Source: Mesotaenium endlicherianum
Taxonomy: Eukaryota
Length of the DNA stretch: 64,000 nt
NCBI GenBank assembly: GCA_009602735.1
Contig: WELA01003449.1
Span: 211,597 to 275,596 of the forward strand
Reading direction: 5' to 3'
The translations under genes were made by a program, and so were the position numbers. This document shows, in pieces, positions 25,740 through 38,475 of the stretch (its first letter is position 1; every line of letters starts with the position of its first letter). The notes under the pieces were generated by a model. The model saw nothing but the letters and a program-made list of their open reading frames with translations. It ran no database searches and had not been told where the DNA came from.

Positions 25740-26914
25740 CGCCAAGCAGGTGCCTGAGTTTGGCGACATGAAGCGCCAGCTGGCAACCCTGGAGGACCGG
25801 CTGCAGTCCCTGGTGAAGCCGGAGCTCGTCGAAGCTCTCTCCTCTCACAAGGTGGGGCTTCTCTTCTTCCTGTACCGCACTTTGCGCTTACACAGCGCGA
25901 GGCGCGCTTACAGATCGCGAGGCGCTGAATATAGTCCCCACTCGCCTTGAGACTCTTCCTCTTCATCTCTCCCCGTCTCTCCCTCCGCGTGCGTGTGTGT
26001 GTCCTCTCAAAGTCACGTGCACGAGAACAATAAACAACAGCGACAATCACGTCAACAACAACAACAACAACAACAACAGCAGCAGCAGCAGCAGCAGAGC
26101 TGCCCTCGATGAACCTGTGGTACCAGCAGCACCCCTCCCTCCGCAATTGCAACCTGGGCAGCAAGCTTGACTCTCTTGCATGGTTGTTATGATCCCCACT
26201 AAACTTTTTCCGAAGGCGACTATCCAGAGATGTGGTTGCACCTCGTCGTGAGGTTTCACACACACCACCCCCCTGACTTACTGGTGCACCGGGCCTGCGC
26301 CCTCGATCATTCTTACAGAATCCCTGGTCCTCTGTAAATTGAAGGACTGAGTGCACCGGCTCTCTGCGGCGTCTCCAAGCAGAGCGCAGAGAAATTGAGT
26401 ACGCCCCTTTTCACACTTGGGCTAATGATGCCAGAAAGTATGCTATTCTGAGCTCCACATGCGGGTCGTTAGCACGCATGTCACAACTCTGTGTAGTTGG
26501 TGGTGCCACTTGGCGACAAACGGTCCCTTTGGGGGTGATAGGCCGTTGGCGACAGACGTGGAAGCCATCACTTTTTTTTGTGACCTTGTGAGAATTGGAC
26601 ATGTCATCAGAAAGTAAATAAAAAGGAGCGAGCACCAACCCATTATTTTGTCTTGCCACCTGTCGCTGGCTGCTGTCTCCTGTGGCGACAGGTGGAGGCC
26701 ACCCAGAAGCTCCGGGACATCCTGCTGGCCATTGGGCGGTACAGCTTCCTGGAACAGCAGTACACGAGGACGCAGCTCAAGCCCCTGCGCGCCAAGTGGG
26801 ACGAGTTCGACAGGCACGGCCCTTCAGGTACGTGCATGCGCGTGCGCGTGCGCGTGTGCGTGTGCGTGTGCCTGTGCGTGTGCGTGTCTGTGTGTGTATC
26901 CGCATGTGTGTGTC

Positions 26915-26955
<41 letters not shown>

Positions 26956-29900
26956 GTGTTAGTGTTTTCACGTGTGCGCACGCGTGTGCTAGGACTTGAC
27001 CTGCATCCATTCCCTTCCTTCTTCTGCACAGGTCATGTCACGAGCATCACTCGCGCCCTTGTGCTCCTGCACGCCTGAGCTCCCCCGGTGGAGCACGCCG
27101 ACGTGCGTCAGCTAGAGAGTACACGCAGGGAGTTTCTTCTGCTAGGTCTCTGAGGGCCTCCGACAAACCCTGTACCTATTTCCTGAATCTCAAACCTGTG
27201 TGCAGGAACTCAAGCAAGCACCCCACTTCCAGCCTCTGTTCTCAAACTCCAAGCTCCAAACTCAAGCTGAACTCAAAAGTGGCAAAAGCAAGCCCTGGCA
27301 CCTCTAGCATCCAGCTCCTACCCCTATGTTCACCAGTGCTCATTTCTCCAGTCAAGTTCCTCTTTTCCTCTCTTTCTTCCTCCTCTTTGCTTCTTCAAAT
27401 TTCCCGTCCGCGCAGGCGCCGGGTCGAAGCTCCCGTCCGCGGGCGGCGGCGGCGGCGGTGTGCCAGGTGGCGGCGTGCCGTTCGTGGACTGGCTCCCGGA
27501 GTTCTACGACGAGGTCCTGCTGACGCTGGAGCAGGAGGTCCGGTGGTGCGCGCTCGCCTTCCCTGACGAGCACCACAGCCTCGTGCCCAAGCTCGTCACG
27601 GAGATGATGGCCGCTATCTCCTCCAGCTTCCTGGCCCGCCTCGAAGCTGCCTGCCAGGTGGCGTCTGGTGAGAGCACGCACCCTGCCCCAGACTGCCCCC
27701 TGCCAACTAGCCAACCGGCCTGCCTTTCTACACGCCTGTCTGCCTGTCCATCAGCCCTTTAGCTCGCTCTCTGCCTCTCGCTATCTACCTCTCTGTCTAT
27801 CTGCCTGCCTGCCTGCCTGCCTGCTTGTCGTGTTTCCGCCATCTCAAATAGAAACAGGTGGGTGAGTTCTAATGTGTGCTTTGTACTTCCCGGTATGGCG
27901 TGCGATGCTCAAGCAGAGCAGATGACCCCCACACGCGGTGCTTCACTCCGCAGCCAGCTTGTTGGTGCCTCACTCTTTCCCCACACTACGACTGCAGGGC
28001 CAGGGACAATTCGCAGCAATTGCAGAAGCGCACGCACCGTGTGCTTGCAGGCAGAGAGTGTTGTTGTACATGCAGAGTCAGGCCAGCAAGCACGCAACCA
28101 GGCAGGCAGGCAGTGCCGCCAGCTGTGCCCCCCCTCTTGCTCGCTGGACGCCTCCTGGAGTTGTCTGACGCGCAAGCTGCCATCACGTCTGACAGGTGAC
28201 TGCCGTAGTGGAGAGAAGGACAGGGAGGATCCGCGTTGTCTCGCAGACTCCATTCAATGGCAGAGCCAGCGGTGCTCTTGCCCTGTCCTTGCGTTGGCTG
28301 GCCTCTTGGAGGAGATAGTGCCATTTCTTCTTCTATGGGACTTTTTTTTTTTTTTGTCAGGCTCTGGCTTTCTTTCTCCCTTTCATACCCCCCCACCTTC
28401 CTTAGGCAGTCCCTCACACATATGCACACCCCCCCCCCGTATGTGTCTGTTTGCTGTGTGTGCTTTGTGGGTATGTGCGCGTGCATGCGTGTGTGCGTGT
28501 GTGCTGTGCTGTGTCTGCATGTGTTTTGTGCACGTGCGTGTGAGTGTGTGTGTGTGCGTGCGCGCGCGTGTGTGTGAGCGTGTTTGGTGTGCGTTTGCTG
28601 AGCAGGATTCCAGCCGGGGCGGGGCCCCTCTCACCCAGCCACGCAGCTGGGAGCTCTGATTGCGCTCCACGGCATGACGAGCGCCTTCTTAAAGAACGTG
28701 CAGCACCTGCTGGCCCAGGCAGGGACGTCGCACGAGGGCGTGGCCGAAGTCGTGCGAGCGATCTACCGGCCCTTCGAGGGCCACAAGCAGCGGTACGGCG
28801 AGCTCGAGCGCTCGCAGCTCTCCTCCGAGCTTGCGGTGCTCGACTTCCGCGGGGCGGCCCCTCGCGGCGGCGGCGGCGGCAGGGGCCAGGAGGTCTCCGA
28901 CACGGTGCGAAGGATTGAGGTAACGCCACCTGGCCTTTTCTGCCACTTTTGCGCCTTCGTATGCAGTGCTCTAGGGGCCCACCTTGAGAGAGGCCCCCTT
29001 GAGAGGGCCACCTGGGAGGGCCACATTGTGATGCCCATTGTATTATTTGTCCCCCCGCGATAGCCCCCACCATTCCTTGGCCTCTCTCAGTCTACATGGT
29101 GGAAGGGAGGCGCACAAAGAAAAGAGCTCTGCCCTACCTAATCAGCCATCTGGTGACTCTTTCTCTCGTTCTCTACCTTCTCTTGCCCTGCCCCTCAGCC
29201 GCTAGCTGTACCTGGAAGCTCTCATTGTGCGGGATCGTGTTTCCAGAGTAAGTTGCTGTGTCTTTAAGCAGGGTGCAATTCACGCACGTTCGATTGTGCG
29301 TCTCCACGCACACCCCCGCACACGCATGACGCACATAGCTGTGTGTCAGTGTCCTGCGCACACCTGTATGTGTATACTCGCTCTTTCTTTCTTATAAATA
29401 TAAACCTTATTACATATGTACCTCACACTACGGGTCTATTGTCCACTTTCTTAGTACTCTCCCCCGATGATTTCAGGCAATAGGGCTCCTCTCCCCGCCT
29501 CACATCCAGCAAGCGCCAAACCACATGAGCCCTTCCCTGCACATGAGCACACGCAATCCCAGCAACAAGCCTGGAGAGATATAGAGAGAGGAACCATTTT
29601 GCGCATGCTGCTCGTCGTGACGTGTGCGTCCTTGCGCGCGCAGGCGTCGGTGCCGGAGGCGATGGCCGCCATGGAGGCGGCGGTGGAGCGCTGCATGGCC
29701 TTCACAGGCGGGTCTGAGTCGGAGGCGCTGCTGCGAGCGCTCGACGACGTCATGCTGCAGTACCTCTCCCAGCTGCTGGAGGTCCTGCGCTCCCTCTATG
29801 CCGCCTGCGGCCTCAGCTCCGGCGGGGCCAAAGGCGGCTCCGGGGCAGCCGGGGCTGCTGATGGAACTGCCGCCGCTGCTACTGCTGGTGGCGGTGGCGG

Positions 29901-32517
29901 TGGTGGCAGTGGTGGTGCTTCGGGAGGGGGGGGCGGTGTGGGTTTGGCTTCCTCGGCTGCCGGGAAGAGCCCGGGCCTGGAGGTCCGGGAGAGGCTCGGG
30001 AGCCGGGACCGGAGCAGGGGCCGGGATGCAGACGACGACGACGACGGGGACGGGGATGGGGGGGCGTTTGACTACGGGGGGAGCGGCAGCGGTGGCGGCG
30101 GCGCGACAGGTGGTGCCGCCGAGGAGGAGGACTATGCGCTGGTACAGGGGGCCCTGCAGCTGCTGCTGGTGGCAGAGAGCCTGGGCAACCGGGCGTCCGT
30201 GTTCGAGGCCTCGCTGCGGGCGGCGCTGGCGCGGCTGGCGGCGCGCCTGATGCCAGCTGTCGTCGGGGGGCTCGCCGACCCCTCCATCCTCCAGAGCCTG
30301 GGGGGGGCCGCGCTCGAGGGCCCCGCTGCAGAGGGGGGGGCGGGAACGACGGGCGGGGCAGAATCGACGGGGGAGCTGGGGGATGCGCTGGGAGCGAGAC
30401 GCAGCGAGCTCATGTCGGCCGAAGCAGCCGGCCAGGGGGGCTCGCCCCGCGCGACCTACTCGCCGCGCGCCGGCGCGGGCGGCGGGGGCGGGGGCGGCGA
30501 CAGACTGGGCTCCCTGGATGGCGCGGTGCTGCGGCTCGTGGACCTGCCGGACAAAGCGTCCCGGCTGCACAAGTGAGTTGTGGTGTAGTAGTGGCAGTAC
30601 CTCTCTTCTTTTCCCTCCGACCTCGCTCACCTTTTTCCTTTCGCCTTGCTCTGTTCCTCCTCCTGACCTCGCTCTCCATTTCCCTTTGACCTCCCTTCCC
30701 TTCTTTTGACCTCGCTCTTCTCTTTCTGACCTGACTCTCCTTCTCCCTTTGACCTCGTCTCGCATTCCCCTCGCTGTCCGACCTACAGCGGCTGCTGCAG
30801 ACAGAGCGCCACAACGCGGCGACGCATGCATGCTGCGCGTGCCTCGGCTTGCATGGCAGGGGCAGGGAGGGCTGCGAGCGTCGATGGCGACGACGCTAGC
30901 AGCAGCAAGAGCATTGCTCTCATTTTCACTTGCTGCAGGCTTCTATTGCCGTGTTGCAGCAGGGGGCAGCCCCTCATGCTTGATCCCAGAGCCTTCTCAC
31001 TTCTCCTCTACTTGCCTGCGAGGCTGCTTGGCCTGTGGAGCTCATGCTGTCCTGCCCCCCCCAGTGGGGCTTGCCGGCAGTACCATCAAGAGCTTCTAGT
31101 CGCAGCTGCTCGCTGGCGTGCGGGGCCACTTTGAGTCACTTAATGGGTTAACATGCAGCTCCAGCTGGCATACAGAGCATGAAGCTCCTGCTGCTGCGCC
31201 TGGGCCTGCTGTGCCGCTGCTGGGTGGGCTTGCTGGCGCTGCGCTGCGTGCTTCAGCCCTCTGTGCGAAGCTGCATTCTGGCATGCGGGGCCAATTCGGT
31301 GACTGCATTTTGCATCGCGGGTGAAGGGTTTAGCTGCTGCTGCACTCGGTTGTAAGGAGGGTTTCTCTTCTGTCATTTCTGCCAGGGGGTTTGATGAAGA
31401 ATTCTGAATTTCAGAGCACACCCGGCGGATTGGTCTCGGTGCCATTTTTACGGCTGACGTGGCGGTAGCTTGCAAGTGTGTAACCCCATGTCACCCGATT
31501 GTTTTTTATTTTGAATGGCCGATTGCAAGGATAGACAATAACATCCTCCTCCCAAACTGCGCCCAAGAGTGAAGCATGTGCCGTCTGTGCTGGCGGCTCT
31601 TGTCCTCAACCCCGTCAAACCCGCGTTGCACGTCAGCCGAATTGCTGGGCAAGCCTGTACTTTTTAGTAAGGTCTCAGATGTATGATAGCTGCGCGCAGT
31701 CGCAGGCCAACTCCTGGTCGCAGCGTGCATAGTGCTGAGAAAGACCCCTCGGGGCCGTCTCAGAGCCGTGAGATAGGAAGTACAAATGAGCAGGCAGAGA
31801 ACACCGTATCCGTACGGTTCCAAACTCAGGCATTCACCTGGATTGGGGGTGTTGCCGTGCAGCCTCCTGGAGCAGGCGCGCGACCCGCGGTTTCACGCTC
31901 TGCCGCGTGGTGCGCAGCGCGTGCAGGCCCTGCAGGACGCCGTGCACGACCTCGTGTACGACATGCTCGTCGCCAAGGTGCGCGCGCGCCTCCACGGCGT
32001 CGCGCGCATGCCCGCGTGGGCGGCAGCCGAGGAGGAGAACGCCTTCTCGCTGCCCAGCTTCAGCGCGTCGCCGCTGCCCTACATCACGGGCGTGGGGGAG
32101 TACCTGCTCACGCTGCCGCAGCAGCTCGAGGAGGGGGTAGGGGGGCTGACGGGGAGCGGCGGCGGCAAGGAGGGGGGCGAGGAGCAGGAGGAGGACCCGC
32201 AGGCGTACATTGCGACGGAGTGGATGTTCAAAGTGGCGGAGGGGGCGGCATCGCTCTACGTGGAGCAGCTGCGGCAGATCGCCGCTCTGTCGGAGCGGGG
32301 GACGCGCCAGCTGGCGGCCGACACTGACTACTTGTGCAACATCCTGTCAGCCCTGTACATCGCGCCGCCGCCCCCGCTGGGCACCTTCCAGCTGTGCACA
32401 GCGGTCCCGCGTGCTGAGCTGGCGAAGCTGGTGGCTGAGGAGGGCGGCCCCGAGGGCTCCTTGGACCCCCCCACAGCGCGCTTGATTGCCAAGATGCGCC
32501 AGGTCTCGCTAGACTAG
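21719..32517 (+). CDS. COG7: Conserved oligomeric Golgi complex subunit 7, 10 exons
   Basis: Exons: 21719-21860 (MLVDLASFSEETFDPKAWVN...LSEIEMQLQL), 23091-23233 (LLLVPRAVRE), 23803-23892 (dup 24646-24735; LARVDVVKQRMEAARDTLQ), 25146-25265 (DAAGLAQLSASVEEVF), 25750-25851, 26692-26827, 27416-27667 (WLPEFYDEVLLTLEQEVRWC...FPD), 28606-28919, 29644-30572, 31863-32517 (LPSFSASPLPYITGVGEYLLTLPQQLE...QLAADTDYLCNILSAL). All GT-AG, phases consistent. Confidence 0.94.
23111..24795. other. Exact 842-bp tandem duplication around a single N (probable assembly artefact)
   Basis: 23111-23952 appears identical to 23954-24795, with N at 23953; the second copy begins mid-exon without an acceptor. Confidence 0.9.
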
Positions 32518-33407
32518 GTCATGGCCAGCCGGGGTCCCAACTACCTCGTCTTTGACGCGAACCAGAAACTCACCGATGATGGAGGATGGAACTTATCACA
32601 CATTGGTCAATTCTGACTAGCAGCGCTGCTACTGAAAAATTGGCTTGTAGAATGTTCTGGCGTAAACTTGAGGCTGTACTTACAATATGCGGTGTGCACG
32701 ACGGTCTGCTACTTTGCTGGCAGCATCTAGCAGGCAGGCATGGAGCAGGCAGCAGGCAGCGCGAATTGACACCACCTGTTTTTAGCAATTGCTACGGCCT
32801 TGTAGGCCTGTACTACCTAGTGCGGGTTGGGACAGTCGTCGACCAAAATTAATACACAATGCGATTGGCATTTTGCATTCCTAAAATTTGTAGCCCTGGT
32901 AATGCACTATTCACTCTTCTGCAGTCATTATCAGAAACACTTGTCTTGTGTAAACCTTTGCTTCTGAGGCTATGTGCGAGCTTAATTCATGCATTGAACT
33001 AAAGCTGTGCAGTGATGTGTTAAATATTGTGAGCGGAAGTTACTCGGTATCAGAAGGTGGAATCAAGAAAGCAATCAGTCGCATGCACTTGAAGGGCCAA
33101 CCGCTTTTCAATACCTAATATAAGCACCAAGATCACAAACAAATCATGTTGAACGCAGTGAAGTAGTACCTATCTTCTGCTTGATTTAAAGCGTGAACAT
33201 TGAGGTTGTTGTTGTTTCCCTTGTCTGTTATTTGCCTTCTAACCAAGCAGCGGAAGACGCACGCCAATCTTACACATAGAAGCCGAGAACAGAGCCAGAA
33301 ATCACGATCGGTCAAGGGAGTCGTGGCGAAAAGAATATGTTAGAATGGTATTAATGGTGGGTACACTCAAGAGCAACGCTGCGATCCCCTCTGTCACTGC
33401 CGCCAGT

Positions 33408-35537
33408 TTACTCTTCGTCTTCGCCCTCGTTGTCGGCGATGTTGAAATATCGCAGCTCGTAGACGTTCCTGTCCTTGTTGGACGCAATCACCCGCAGCCA
33501 GTCCCTGACATTGTGCTTCTTCAAGTACTTCTTCGTCAGGTACTTCAGGTACCTGCACACAACACAATCAGGCGCCCACAAGACTCGAGGTATTACTGGT
33601 GAGTCCAGCACTAAACACGTAAATGAAGCTGCCTGCTGCATGCGGAGCTGCTTGGTACGGAGCTGCTTCCTACGAAGCTGCTAGATACGGAGCAGCTGGA
33701 CATGAAGCTGCTTGAGACGAAGCCGGGGGGNNNNNNNNNNNNNNNNNNNNNNNNNNNNNNNNNNNNNNNNNNNNNNNNNNNNNNNNNNNNNNNNNNNNNN
33801 NNNNNNNNNNNNNNNNNNNNNNNNNNNNNNNNNNNNNNNNNNNNNNNNNNNNNNNNNNNNNNNNNNNNNNNNNNNNNNNNNNNNNNNNNNNNNNNNNNGG
33901 GGGGGGCTAGTACACTGACATGTGGATTGGCGTGTGATCTTTCCCAAGAGAGGTTTTCCCCCGTTTTCCCCAAAGTTCATATGGTGTTTTGTTTTCACTG
34001 CTGAAGTACCCTCAGGAGTACCTGCAAGACTCCTCCAACTGCTACTAGAGGGACATGCGGCTCGACGTCTGATCTTTCCTAGGGAGTGGCTGAAGCCCAC
34101 AGCCCACATGAGTGCTTGCCACTGAAGTACTTTCAAGAGTGCCTTGCAGGACTCCTACTGCTGCTGGGGCTGGCGCAACATCTAAAGTGAAAAAATTTGG
34201 TGCGGGCAGCTAAGAAGAGCGACGTGCAACTTGGTTTCCTGGAGCCACATAAAAAACACAGTAACTGATCGCGGTAGAGGACACATTTCCCCAGCAACCC
34301 GCTACTACATTGAGCTGTCAAACCCCGTTTTCCCATGACGCTTCAGGAAGTGCACACCTCCCCAGGTGCCTGAAGAATGCCCCTAACGTAGTGTGCTTAC
34401 AGCCAAGCCACCTAACCGACTGGAAAGCTAGAATCTCCCTTCTCTTGGACTTCAGTTATTCTTCTCAACGGCGATGGGACAGGAGGGGGGCAGGGCACGA
34501 GGCAGTGGAACATGAGCCTCTCCAGACCCCCAGCACGCCAAAAATTTGAAGTGCTACAGAAAGTCACCCCTGACCTGAAAAGCAATATCCCAGACTCCCA
34601 AGCCTGGTCCAGAGTCATAAACCCAAGTTTGATCCTCTCTGACCCGAGCCCCAATGGCCACTATATGTACACAATATCTGCCTCATCCAACCCAGTACCC
34701 ATGCACGGATCTGCTCACTAAACCCTGAGATTGATTTTCCACTTGTTCTCCCAAACGCATCTTGGGCATCAAACGAACATACAGCAACCGTGACACTTTC
34801 ACAGATACTATGTTGGCATTTCATAATTCAGGGTTTATAAGAATGCATCCCATGCACGAGGTGCTCATACAAGGGAGCTACTAGTCTAGATGGCCCTCAA
34901 GCTCCTAAGTACAGTATACAGCACCCCAAATCTTCGTATGACATGTAAACAAAAGACATAGGATGCTGAAGTGTGAGTGGAAGGTGGAAAGTGCAATGCA
35001 AAGGGGGGGTGAAACAATCTAAGCTAGACTGTGCGTTTACGAAGAATAGGCTCTAGCCTGCAGATAGACTTGCACATATGAGCACAAGCTTGACTTCTTA
35101 TGAACGCACCAGCACTCAGGGGACAGCTTCCCACGCAGGCAGTTTCGGCTTCAATGAAGGAAATTGCACTGCTTCACCTTGTACATCAGATTGGCACATA
35201 AGCACTTCTTGCGGACCGTTTGTTGGGCATGCTTGCTTGGCTTTCCCGGAAAAATAATCTCGTCTGTGCTAAGCTGAGGGTCATGTGCAGCTTACCTCTT
35301 TGAGAAGGCGCTCTCAGAAGTGACAGTGATCTTGCTCTTGTCACGTGCAATCTTGACGTCGTCACCCAAAACTCCTGCCTTACCATCCACCTTGACCTTG
35401 TCCTGCAGGAACTTCTCGAAGGACGCAATTTCCATAATCTTGTCCTCCACGGGCTTTGAGCAGTCGATGGTGAAAGTGATGGCCTTCTTCTTTCCCTTGG
35501 TACCGGTGGCCGGGGCCTTCTTCACGGGAGGAGCCAT
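33408..35537 (-). CDS. RPL22: 60S ribosomal protein L22 (eL22), 2 exons
   Basis: Exon 1 35537-35296 ([34 protein letters not shown]...FSKR). Exon 2 33552-33408 ([38 protein letters not shown]...*). Phase-2 GT-AG intron. Confidence 0.98.
33644..33725. repeat. 15-bp minisatellite (~5.5 degenerate copies, GRAGCTGCTNNNNAC) in RPL22 intron
   Basis: ggagctgcttggtac / ggagctgcttcctac / gaagctgctagatac / ggagcagctggacat / gaagctgcttgagac / gaagccg, running into an N gap at 33731-33898. Confidence 0.85.
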
Positions 35538-37056
35538 GGCTGCAGCTTACGCAAGGGCACGAGCTGCACGAGCTGTGCTATGCTGCTAGGCAAAGAGGGT
35601 CGATGTTGTGGCCATCAATTCTTGCAAATACGCAACGCTGCTGTGAGAGGGGAGCCAGGCGTCCGCAAGGCGTCCAAACTAAAACTGTCGATACAGCTCA
35701 TTGATGGCTGGAAGCGCGTGGACGCCGTCGACGCCGTCTTCAACTGCATTTGTAGTACCAGAAATAACCTTAAATAACATGAAGAAATCCACGAAAATAA
35801 GGTACAACTTGTTGTGAAGAGCAAGCCCTCCAGGCTTCCAGTCACTTGAAGAACTTCACAAGTGGTGAGCAAAGTCACAGCTTAAGCCCTTGCCATAGGA
35901 CTACTCTGAAGATCATGATGTGCTTCCAGTGATCTTTTGGGCCATACTTCATTAGTTGTTTTCCTACCAGATTACAGTCTTGAGGTGCTCACTCTGGAGA
36001 GTACACATCCCTTAATTAAAACATTTTCGACTTGACTCCCTTTTTGGCTATAACGCCACATGTATTATAGACTCCATTGCAGCAAAGCCTGCTTGCCTAT
36101 GATGTGTTGCTTATGCCTATGGTGCGCACTCGACCTCGTAACGCACGACAATGCTAAATGACAACTTCTAAGCTGTGAATAGAACTGCCGGGTAAGGACG
36201 GCATGCAAGCCAAGCGCGGTGGCTAAGCACTGGCATTCTCGAGAGAAGATAATGTGTGGTGCCTGTGAAAGGCACGAGCCCTGCCTGAAGCTGCCTCATT
36301 CTTGCCCGCATCGGTGTCGAAGGAAGCTAAAGAAGCAGAAGGAGCGCGAAGAAAAAGGAGCTCCCAAGGCCATAGAAGAGCCGGGGCGCCACGCTTCTGC
36401 CGACGCTGGAAGATTTCGCTCTAAAGTGTATCATAGAAAGGTTAGACCTCAGGCTTTCCCAAGAGAGGATCTCACTGGTAGTAAGTAGAGAGCTGCAGAA
36501 TAGAATCCGTTAGGAGACTAGCACAGATTTGGGTCAAACGCCACCAGCGTGCGAAGGTCACTTAAAATGGTGAGTGTTGTGTTAGTTTCCAAGTCCTCAG
36601 AAGTCTCCATTGTCGAATTGCTAATAGCAAGAGTAGTATTAACAAGCAAATGCTCTCAGCAAAGAACTGAGTGAGCCCAGCCAAGCAGTGAAGAGCTGTT
36701 AAGGCGCGGTGTTGAGCGAAGAACTCAGACCAGGCCAGCATAGATGTGCAGTTCAGAGTTTTGTAAGCTGTGACTCGTGGAACTTAAGCGAAAGCCTTGA
36801 AGGGCGATTTTCTCTGAACTTGACATTGCCTGTTAATTTACTTAGACGTGATTTCTGCAAACTACCAACCTGTTCATTCTGTAAACCCTCAACTTGGGCG
36901 AAAGCCTGTGTGGAAGTAAGACGCTTCTGTCCTACTTCTGAGAACTTCGGTTGATTGGTTCAGGTGAACAAGAATTCCCAAGTCAGTTGGGGACTAAGGC
37001 ATGTGAAGGCTGTCGGTGTTCAACCTGGAAGGGGACTTGGAGAAATTCAATTGTAT

Positions 37057-38475
37057 ATGCGGTTGAGGAGTGGAAGACTCTACCACTCTGTGGAGCCTGC
37101 AGAAGGTTCTGATTCTAGCCAGAGTCCACGAGAAAGTGAGACGTCTGAGCATACTGACAACCGGTGGAGTGAGCAAACGTCGAGAGACGAGTCTCGTTAT
37201 AACTCCGCAAGCGGTGAGAACCCAGATAACACACAAGCCTTTGCACCTGATTTGGGCAGAGAGCAAGACGTGTGGGGAAGAGTCAGTGAGTCCTGTTCAC
37301 CGTTCGAAATGGCCGGTGATGATTGGGATGAAAATCCTAAGTTCAAGCTGTCTGCAAAGTGTTTTAGCGGATGAACCAGCGGAAATGGTCTCACTTTCGA
37401 AGAGTTTGATGAGATGTATTGGGCAGAATTCTTTGAGAAGATTCGGAAGGATTCTTCTTATACGCAATCTGTCGCATTTATAGGCTTGGTTCAGTACTTA
37501 GACAAGGATGCTCTGCTGTTACATCGCCAATTCCGGAAGGATGAGGACCTCACCTAGGAATGGGGCGTTTGAAGAACAGAAAAGGGTGAGGGATTTAAAA
37601 ATCCAGAAAGAGGCTGCGAAAGCCCGAATGTCCGCTTTATCTTCAGGAAGAACAGTGACAACTGCACCTGTTGAGAGCATAGACGTAGCTGCACTAACAC
37701 AAGAATTAACAAAGGCCATGAGGCAACTCACTGAGGGCCAGCGGAAGGCTGCCACTCAAGATGATGATGCCGGCTCTGTCGCAGAATTACAAAAGGTGTG
37801 TGCAGAATTGTCTGAAAAGATTGCTAAAGCTCAGGAACGAGTAACACGCAGAGCTACACCTCTCAATGGTCAGCAAAGCGATAGCGCCACGACAGAGGCA
37901 AGCCATGCGCAAGCCTTGGCTAGCTGTCGTAAGGATATGGAGGCTGGGGATGACCAGCTAGACTCCACGCATTGCCTGCGTCGTTTCTTCAAGTTGCTTG
38001 AAGCACGATACCCAGAGGATCGCAGTCTTAAGGTGCACCATTATGTATTTTGTTCGTCAGAAGAACGAGACAGTCATGGAGGTCAAATCCAGATTGGTAG
38101 ACCTCGCCAAAAAGGCAAAAATATACGAGCCCAGAATAGTGGCTGACAAGTTTCTGTTGTGCTTGGGCAAGGAAACAGATCGCGAAGTCAGGCCACATCT
38201 GTCCGCAAAACACGGAATTGACTGGGACATCGACGAGGCGGCTGAAATAGCAGGAAATGTCAAAGAAGGTAGTATGGTATAAAGAGGCTTCCAGGATGCT
38301 TATGGCTCCTGAGAGGAGAGAGGAATTCTCTTCGCCTAAGGCCAACAGCTCTAATTATCAGTTTAAGAAAAAGAGCGGGTCTTTTAATAAGTTTGCTAAG
38401 CACGCCAACACTGCTGAGACAGCAGAGAGTTGTTGGAATTGCAGGAAATCAGGACATCAGAAGAGAGACTTCCAA
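37057..38475 (+). mobile_element. Degenerate retrotransposon gag-like ORF with zinc knuckle
   Basis: Starts MRLRSGRLY (a common Gypsy gag-type N-terminus), then fragments with stops and frameshifts (RQKNETVMEVKSRL, capsid-like), then a CWNCRKSGHQKRD knuckle at ~38431-38470 with the last Cys lost. No LTR pair identified. Confidence 0.65.

Noticed and set aside
33644..33725. CRISPR-like array (also considered for 17931-18011)
   Set aside because: Units are only 10-15 bp with no unique spacers, there are no cas genes, and the context is eukaryotic.
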